A stretch of DNA of 64,000 bases from Alphaproteobacteria bacterium (GTDB lineage: Bacteria > Pseudomonadota > Alphaproteobacteria > SP197), in the NCBI GenBank assembly GCA_965242595.1, contig OZ251464.1:1982235-2046234 (forward strand), given 5' to 3'. Made by a program: the position numbers and the translations under genes. How positions within the stretch are numbered: the first letter of the stretch is position 1; each line of letters begins with the position of its first letter. Shown here piece by piece: positions 56,081 through 61,120 of this stretch. The notes under the pieces are model-generated. The model saw only the letters and a list, made by a program, of their open reading frames with translations, did not search any database and was not told the origin of the DNA.

Positions 56081-56099
56081 ATCCAGGCCTGAACCGCCA

Positions 56100-56146
56100 C
56101 TGATCGAACCGTAATCTATAACAACCCATCGCGCCAACGCCTGCAA
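56100..56146 (-). promoter_or_regulatory. Candidate promoter of giant gene 1 in a low-GC stretch
   Basis: Minus strand reads TTGCAG-17nt-TGTTATAGAT upstream of the ATG at 56080. The track's TTG start coincides with the -35-like TTGCAG. Confidence 0.25.
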
Positions 56147-56455
56147 TCGTTTTCCGACATGGTGCAGTCACCGCCCACCTAATCCATTTTCCTCCCTACC
56201 ACCTTCCCCTACCTTGGCGCCCCCCACTCATCGCCACCCATGCTCCGGCCATGGCGGCAAGCGGCCCGGAAGGCCGAAGAGGCGCCCGGCCTTCGCCGCA
56301 GCCGCCCGCGCAAAGCCTCTTGGCAGCCGCACAGCTATCGAAGGCGGCAACGGCCACAGCGGCGCTCCCCGAGCCGGCCACCGGCACGATAAGCGACGGC
56401 AACAACCGCCGCAAGGGGACGATACCGCCCCCGCATGATGTGATCGACCTGCCGG

Positions 56456-56743
56456 TCAGGCGCGGCCCGGAGCGCCGAAAGGCCCTAAAAGGCCCCCGGC
56501 CATGGCGAGCACGAGGGCCGCGATGAAACCCATGGCCCATCGCATGAAGCGAAGCTCAACTCTGAGCTCGTGAATATCGGCCCTGGTGGCCAGTTCGCCC
56601 CGGTCGGCAGTGCTGGCCTGGCGAACGACACCGGCGATGGCGGCGCTCAGAGCCGGCCCTTCACCACCGCCACCACCCCGCGCCGGCCTAGGGCAGCAGC
56701 TTGATGAGAGCCACCACAGCGGCAACGGCGGCGCACAAACCAC
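56456..56743 (-). pseudogene. DUF1640-like C-terminal fragment, or a short paralog overlapping the next gene
   Basis: The 3' part reads ELATRADIHELRVELRFMRWAMGFIAALVLAMAGG, DUF1640-like. The N-terminal part of the ORF is low-complexity and overlaps 56688..56948 by 56 nt. There is no convincing start. Confidence 0.3.
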
Positions 56744-56948
56744 CGTAGAACCGAACCGTCATGCGCGTCTCGAGGCGGGCAAGGCCGGTTTCCAGGTCCG
56801 CCTTGGTCGCGACGCTCCCCGACATATGAGCGTGCATCGACCTGGCGTGCGCATCCGCATGGGCCTTGGCCTGCTGCTCATCGACCCCGGCCGCCTTCAG
56901 CAACTCGATGTAATCGAGCTTGTCGAAAGGCGTGGCACCGTTCGCCAT
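56688..56948 (-). CDS. DUF1640-family small protein (86 aa)
   Basis: MANGATPFDKLDYIELLKAAGVDEQQAKAHADAHARSMHAHMSGSVATKADLETGLARLETRMTVRFYGGLCAAVAAVVALIKLLP matches the F-D-T/K...L...AG...QA.A...ATKADL...LE.R pattern of DUF1640. Confidence 0.65.
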   Translation of the reverse strand: MANGATPFDKLDYIELLKAAGVDEQQAKAHADAHARSMHAHMSGSVATKADLETGLARLETRMTVRFYGGLCAAVAAVVALIKLLP

Positions 56949-57066
56949 GATCTGCCGCCCAGCCCGTTTACACCCTGGTACACCACGCCCCCGCCGTCAA
57001 CACCCCCACACCGCCATCGCCCCCAGGCCACCGGCGTCGGGCCAAGGCCCCCCCTCAAGATACCGT

Positions 57067-57142
57067 TGGTGAGCCCGCAGGGACTCGAACCCTGGACCCT
57101 CTGATTAAAAGTCAGATGCTCTACCAGCTGAGCTACAGGCTC
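57067..57142 (-). tRNA. tRNA-Lys (anticodon UUU), 76 nt with encoded CCA
   Basis: Minus-strand sequence is GAGCCTGTAGCTCAGCTGGTAGAGCATCTGACTTTTAATCAGAGGGTCCAGGGTTCGAGTCCCTGCGGGCTCACCA. The 7-bp acceptor stem is GAGCCTG/CGGGCTC and the anticodon loop is CTTTTAA. The T-loop is TTCGAGT. Confidence 0.9.
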
Positions 57143-57409
57143 CACGGGAACATGCCGCGCTCTTCAAACCCGGCACGGGGGCGTGCTGTTGTTCAGTGAC
57201 GCCAAGCGCACCCTATAGCCACAAAGGCAGGCGGTCAACCGGCCACCCCGGTTCAGGACGCAGAAATCGCCACGCGGGCGGCGTCCGGCACGCACCACCG
57301 GGCCGCGGCATCCCCGAAACGGGCACGGCTGCCTTCCCCGCCGCCAGGGAAGGGAAGGTCCAGGCTGCCGCTCCCGCGCCATCGCCAGCGATATCGGACC
57401 GCTCCAGGT

Positions 57410-58810
57410 TCAGGACGAACCGTCGCCACCCTTCGGAAAGCCGTCGCCGTCATGCCGGTCGCCGGTCAGTTCCGGGGCCTGGAGCGCGCGGGCTTCCAGT
57501 TCGATCGGCGTGATTTCGTCAACCATGCTGCCCTTCGGCGCCGCGCCCAGCCTCTCGAATCTCCGCGCAGTCGGCAGAACGCGGCCCTCGAGCGAACCGA
57601 CGCTCATGTTGTAGCGATCGACCGCTTGACGAAGAGCTTTGCCGAGATTGCCCATGCGCCCACCGAAAAATTTGATCCGTTCGAACAATTCGCGGGCAAG
57701 GTCGAACACGGCCTGGGTGTTCTCCGCCAGCTTGTGCTGCTGCCATCCATAAGCGATCGCCTTCACCAGGGCGATGAAGCTCATCGGGGTGGCGATCAGA
57801 ACGCGGTTCGAGACCGCCTGCTCGAACAACTCCGGATCGCGTTCGACGGCCGCCGAATAAAACGGCTCGCCGGGAATGAACATCACGACAAAGTCGGGCG
57901 TGACCGACAGCGCCTGCCAGTATTCCTTCGACGCAAGATCGCGCACATGGTTGCGGACATGATGAACATGGTTCGCCATGTGCTGGGCGCGTTCCTCCTC
58001 GTCGCTGGCCTCCACCGCGGCGAGATACCCCTCCAGAGGCGTTTTCGCATCGACGACGATGGATTTATCACCGGGCAGGCGGATGATGGCATCGGGCCGC
58101 AGACGGCGCTCCTCGCCGACGGTCGCTTGCGTCACGAAATCCACATGCTCGCTCATGCCCGCCATTTCGAGGACGTTCTTCAGCTGATATTCGCCCCAGC
58201 GCCCGCGCGTCTGCGGCTGCCGGAGCGCCTGCACCAGCCGATTCGTCTCCGTCTTCAAACGCAACTGCCCCTCGCTAAGGGTTTTAACCTGCTCCGTGAC
58301 GGCGCTATAGGCCCCTTCCCGCGCCTTTTCGATCTCGCCGACCTTTTGCTCGAACTTGTCCAGGCTCTCGCCGATCGGCTTGACCAGCGTCTCGATCGCC
58401 TGCTGCCTCCTGGCCAGATCCTCGTCGGAACTGGCCTTGTGCTTTTCGAACCGCTCCGTCACCCGATCCAGGAAATTTCTGCTGTTCTTTTCAAGCGCCT
58501 CGGCGGCCAGCAGCGCGAATTTTCGCTCGATCTCGGCAGCCATGCCCTTCAGCTCCTCGACGCGAGCCTCATGGTTCTGCCGTTCCGTCTTCAAACTGGT
58601 CTCGGCGATAGCCTTCTCCCCCAACAGCCGCTCGCGCTCGGACCGCTCGCGCTCCACAGTCTCCGCCGCACTCGCCTCCGCCGCATTCGCCCGCTCCTCA
58701 GCAGCGGCAGTCCTGGAGCGTTCCGGGCGAACGAAGGCCAGCCAAGCGGCGATACCCCCAAGGCCGAACCCGATCACCGCCATCAAAACATCGCCCATCT
58801 CGAACGTCAT
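57410..58810 (-). CDS. rmuC: DNA recombination protein RmuC
   Basis: 466 aa with an N-terminal TM segment and a coiled-coil region. The conserved RmuC block is LRQPQTRGRWGEYQLKNVLEMAGM...VDFVTQ...RPDAIIRLPGDKSIVVDAK. Confidence 0.8.
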   Translation of the reverse strand: MTFEMGDVLMAVIGFGLGGIAAWLAFVRPERSRTAAAEERANAAEASAAETVERERSERERLLGEKAIAETSLKTERQNHEARVEELKGMAAEIERKFALLAAEALEKNSRNFLDRVTERFEKHKASSDEDLARRQQAIETLVKPIGESLDKFEQKVGEIEKAREGAYSAVTEQVKTLSEGQLRLKTETNRLVQALRQPQTRGRWGEYQLKNVLEMAGMSEHVDFVTQATVGEERRLRPDAIIRLPGDKSIVVDAKTPLEGYLAAVEASDEEERAQHMANHVHHVRNHVRDLASKEYWQALSVTPDFVVMFIPGEPFYSAAVERDPELFEQAVSNRVLIATPMSFIALVKAIAYGWQQHKLAENTQAVFDLARELFERIKFFGGRMGNLGKALRQAVDRYNMSVGSLEGRVLPTARRFERLGAAPKGSMVDEITPIELEARALQAPELTGDRHDGDGFPKGGDGSS

Positions 58811-59008
58811 CGCTCCCTCCGTCGCCGTGCCGAAGGCCCGCCCAGTGCAGCGGCGACCAGCCTTCCCGGTCCCGCGCCGCTATATCGCAGAAAGTCTGCT
58901 TGAAGACCAGCCCTCTCCCTCAGCGCCGCCTCGCCGAAGCCCGAACTGGCAGCCCAAACCGCCCTCGTTCCCGGTCAGCCAGGGCAGGATGAGCATCGGT
59001 TATCTCTT

Positions 59009-60370
59009 CTACGGCTCCGGGACACCACGCATAGAGCTTTCATATTCAGCGATCCACCGTTCGGCCTCTTCCGTGGTGTAAGAACCAGTGATGACGCCAC
59101 TATCTTCTGGCGGTTCATGGCTCGGCGGCCGGTCGATATGAGGCTCCAGTTTCTGACGCAATTCCTTCGCTTCTGTGTCGGGCATATCCTCGACGAGAGA
59201 GTCTGCGTCTTCTCGGTTCAAACCACCCGAGAAAATCACCTCCGACAGATCGCTCTCCTGATCGATCCTCGTGCGAATGTGCGCTTCGAAAGGCGATCCT
59301 GTGGTAAACTCGCAGATAACTCCATGCAGCTGCACACCGAAAAGGTATGCTCCTTGTAGTCTCGCCGAGAAAAGATTTGCCCCTTGTAGTTCAGCCCAAA
59401 AAAGATTTGCCCCTTGTAGTTGTGCATTGACAAGAGTGCTACCTTGTAGATGCGCCCCGAAAAGATAGGCCCCTTGCAAATATGTACAGAACAAGCGCGC
59501 CCCTTGCAATTTCGCTTCAAAAAGATCCGCCCCTCGCAGTTGCGCGCTAAGGAGTGTTGCCCCCTGCAGCTGTGCATAGTGGAGTGTAACTCCCTGTAAT
59601 TGCGCCTTGTGGAGCGATGCTATTTGCAGACAAACATTGATAAGATTTGCGCCCTGCATGTGCGCCAAGTCAAGATTTGCTCCGTTCAACCAGCTGCCCT
59701 GCAAATTGATGCTACAACCCTTGAATACCTCATACTCTTGCACGAACAGCAGCGTCAACAGGCTCTGAATCTCTTCCGAAGGCTTAGATTCGTGTTCCTC
59801 TCGATACCCGGTCTTGCCTGTCGTCTGGCGGATATGGGCACAGAGGATGTCCAGCACCGTCTGTCGCAGATCCTCGGTATCCTTCGCCAGGTGGAAAAGC
59901 TCATAGGCCCCACCCAAACGTGCGGAAACCGAGTCATGACCCAAATGCCCAATGGCGTTCTTCAGCCGCTCCTGGCGCCGCCCATCCTCCGCGCCCCGGT
60001 TGGCCTCAACCTGCGCCTCTGCGACCTGCACCTGCGCCTTGGCGGTTTCTTCCATCGCCACAGCGCGGCGGTTGGCGACCGCCACTCCGATGGCGATCAG
60101 GACGCCGCCCATGACCGTGGCGATGGATGCCAGGACCGTGAACTTGCCTGTGGGTTCGTTCGGAGACTCGGCCGGTATGCCGAGACGAGAGAGCATCCAC
60201 GGCAGGCCGATGTCGAACAGGGCAGCCATGAGGGCTGCAAGCAGCCCGACCAGCGCAACGACCAGGGCCGCGAGAAGATACCGCCTCCCCCAAGCCCACA
60301 CCCGCTTCATCGCGGCGGCGCTCCTAGCCTTCATCGCGGCTCGAACGCCCGCATCGTCTCCCGCGCCCAC
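59009..60370 (-). CDS. Membrane-anchored pentapeptide-repeat protein
   Basis: Two predicted TM helices (LLAALVVALVGLLAALMAALF; FTVLASIATVMGGVLIAIGVAV) are followed by ~20 A(N/D)LxG-type pentapeptide units (ANLDLAHMQGANLINVCLQIASLHKAQLQGVTLHYAQLQGATLLSAQLRGADLFEAKLQGARLF...). The DNA has 30-bp periodicity and markedly lower GC around 59230..59700. An alternative start is M13 (60334) or M21 (60310). Confidence 0.7.
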   Translation of the reverse strand: MGAGDDAGVRAAMKARSAAAMKRVWAWGRRYLLAALVVALVGLLAALMAALFDIGLPWMLSRLGIPAESPNEPTGKFTVLASIATVMGGVLIAIGVAVANRRAVAMEETAKAQVQVAEAQVEANRGAEDGRRQERLKNAIGHLGHDSVSARLGGAYELFHLAKDTEDLRQTVLDILCAHIRQTTGKTGYREEHESKPSEEIQSLLTLLFVQEYEVFKGCSINLQGSWLNGANLDLAHMQGANLINVCLQIASLHKAQLQGVTLHYAQLQGATLLSAQLRGADLFEAKLQGARLFCTYLQGAYLFGAHLQGSTLVNAQLQGANLFWAELQGANLFSARLQGAYLFGVQLHGVICEFTTGSPFEAHIRTRIDQESDLSEVIFSGGLNREDADSLVEDMPDTEAKELRQKLEPHIDRPPSHEPPEDSGVITGSYTTEEAERWIAEYESSMRGVPEP

Positions 60371-60996
60371 GCCTCGCCAGCCTTGCGGTCGGACTCGGTC
60401 ATGGCGCCAAGGTCGCGAAACAGGACTCGGGAAACGCGCCTCTTCATACCCACAGCAGGGCGCTCATAGCTGATCGACCAGCGAAAAATGCTCCCTTCCC
60501 GCAGCTTCGCGGCCTCGTCGTCCGAGAGAGCGGATATGGGAATCCTCGCCTCTTCCCCCTCGCGCCTCGCGCCGGCCGTCAGATCGACCAGACGCGCCAC
60601 GAACCCCTCTTCACCGATCTCGACGACATATCCTTCCCACTCCTGCAAGGCATGAAAGGTCACGGACAGCGGGCGGCGCGGTGGCAGCGGCGGCAAGCTC
60701 ACGGCCCGGAAAAGGCCGTCGGCACCCTGCCGGCCACCAGTGGACAAGCCGTCCGCCGCAGCGTTCGAATCGCGTGAACCGGTTCCAGAGGCAGCACCTG
60801 CTTCCACATCGACGCTGACGCGTTCTTCGGAAGCGCTGCCCGGCAAACCCGCCGTGAACCGACCCGGCTGCGACATCGACCGGCCTTCCTTGCCATCCGC
60901 CAGAGACATGACCCGCTCGACAATATCGTCCCGGCCTGCGTCATCGAAGGCCGCGCGGCGCGAACCGCATCTCCCCATCCCCAGCCTCACCCACAC
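60331..60996 (-). CDS. Hypothetical protein (start uncertain; the C-terminal ~120 aa look protein-like)
   Basis: ORF reading ...FHALQEWEGYVVEIGEEGFVARLVDLTAGARREGEEARIPISALSDDEAAKLREGSIFRWSISYERPAVGMKRRVSRVLFRDLGAM. It is divergent from the ankyrin gene. I recognise no family. Confidence 0.4.
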   Translation of the reverse strand: MWVRLGMGRCGSRRAAFDDAGRDDIVERVMSLADGKEGRSMSQPGRFTAGLPGSASEERVSVDVEAGAASGTGSRDSNAAADGLSTGGRQGADGLFRAVSLPPLPPRRPLSVTFHALQEWEGYVVEIGEEGFVARLVDLTAGARREGEEARIPISALSDDEAAKLREGSIFRWSISYERPAVGMKRRVSRVLFRDLGAMTESDRKAGEAWARETMRAFEPR

Positions 60997-61120
60997 CCTG
61001 CCCGCCGCTGCCAGCCATGTCCACCTCGCCCCGGCTCAACATGCCACCTCCCCCACCCTTGCCCGCCCAACGCCCCCATGCCACCCTGCCCCCGCCCACA
61101 GGCAGCGGTGAGGGGCAACG

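Noticed and set aside
56146-56146. TTG start of the giant ORF as given by the ORF track.
   Set aside because: The TTG coincides with a -35-like TTGCAG in an AT-richer stretch. An ATG 22 codons downstream gives a proper n/h/c signal peptide.
15287-56146. Giant protein as a type I secretion (RTX) adhesin like SiiE/LapA.
   Set aside because: No GGxGxD nonapeptide repeats or C-terminal T1SS signal are visible. Instead there is a C-terminal beta-barrel-like domain ending in W and an N-terminal Sec signal. This is kept as a question under findings rather than a call.
1-56146. CRISPR array or transposon explanation for the massive repetitiveness.
   Set aside because: Repeats are ~300 bp, in frame and protein-coding, with no short spacer/repeat alternation. 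No transposase, integrase or terminal inverted repeats are seen anywhere in the window.
57452-58903. 483-aa plus-strand ORF, plus 58356..59081.
   Set aside because: It is antisense to a clear rmuC gene, and its product is low-complexity (LRRRAQPLESPRS…).
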